55,310 nucleotides of DNA from Treponema sp. (lineage in GTDB: Bacteria > Spirochaetota > Spirochaetia > Treponematales > Treponemataceae), in the NCBI GenBank assembly GCA_024681195.1, contig JAILBH010000173.1:1-55310 (forward strand), in the 5' to 3' direction. The notes under the pieces were generated by a model. That model was not told where the DNA came from, did no database searches, and saw only the letters and a program-made list of their open reading frames with translations. Both the position numbers and the translations under genes were made by a program. Of this stretch, positions 54,860 to 55,310 are shown one piece after another (positions within the stretch are counted from its first letter, which is position 1; each line of letters starts with the position of its first letter).

Positions 54860-55035
54860 TAGTGCTGTCATGTCGGCAAGGTGACAGCAGAAACAGAAGG
54901 TTCTAAAACATAAAGGGCCTGCTGTTCCTGCTGAACAGGTCTGAAACTAAGCTGGGGGCGCAGAACCAGATTAGCCTTCACCTGCAGGATAAAAACAAGA
55001 CGTTTTTATTTTAAGTAAACATGGAGGGCACAACT

Positions 55036-55310
55036 ATGATTATTAATCACAATATGAGTTCGCTCTATACTGATCGTGTATTGAACATTTCTAATGATTC
55101 AATCATGAAGAATATGGAGAAACTCTCATCTGGTGAACGCATCAATCGCGCCGGAGACGATGCATCAGGACTTGCTGTATCAGAAAAGATGCGCAGCCAA
55201 ATCCGCGGACTTAACCAGGCTAGTAAGAACATCACTAATGCTGTTTCTTTCATTCAGACAACAGAAGGTTATCTTGGTGAAACAACAGACATTCTTCAGC
55301 GTGTTCGTGA
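55036..55310 (+). CDS. flaB: Second flagellin FlaB, truncated by the window end
   Basis: [14 protein letters not shown]...[34 protein letters not shown]; GGAGG SD. Not in the ORF track. Confidence 0.97.
   Translation, partial: MIINHNMSSLYTDRVLNISNDSIMKNMEKLSSGERINRAGDDASGLAVSEKMRSQIRGLNQASKNITNAVSFIQTTEGYLGETTDILQRVR

Overview
AT-rich chromosomal window from a spirochaete, most likely a gut or rumen Treponema (FlaB flagellins, type-2 IleRS, lnt-galK-surE-TPR block, long RecJ). It is mostly housekeeping: partial ileS, a GT8/acyltransferase cluster, thiI-udg-priA, miaA-rpoZ, bS22-dxs-folP-cdaA-cdaR-acpS-DUF2225-truA, araB-araD-recO-recJ-M23, ligA-trmB, nrdR-nrdD-nrdG, tRNA-Met, nrnA, rdgB and two flaB genes. 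No transposase, integrase, prophage or CRISPR array was seen. The most interesting items are: (1) a naturally split class III ribonucleotide reductase, whose glycyl-radical loop sits on a separate 179-aa protein fused to a CPNC redoxin, with its own NrdR-boxed promoter and complementary coiled coils at the split; (2) DinB fused in frame, through an internal signal-peptide-like segment, to a ~1450-aa putative outer-membrane protein; (3) four 100-150 bp intergenic hairpin elements, two of them covarying copies of one fold, whose flanking DNA shows a strand-polarised loss of T; (4) a GT8-PlsC-CrtO-like-GT8 glycolipid cluster; (5) an unannotated 29-aa bS22, CsrA-type and BoxA-type flagellin leaders, and several apparently leaderless genes. 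All calls come from reading motifs by eye; no searches were run.
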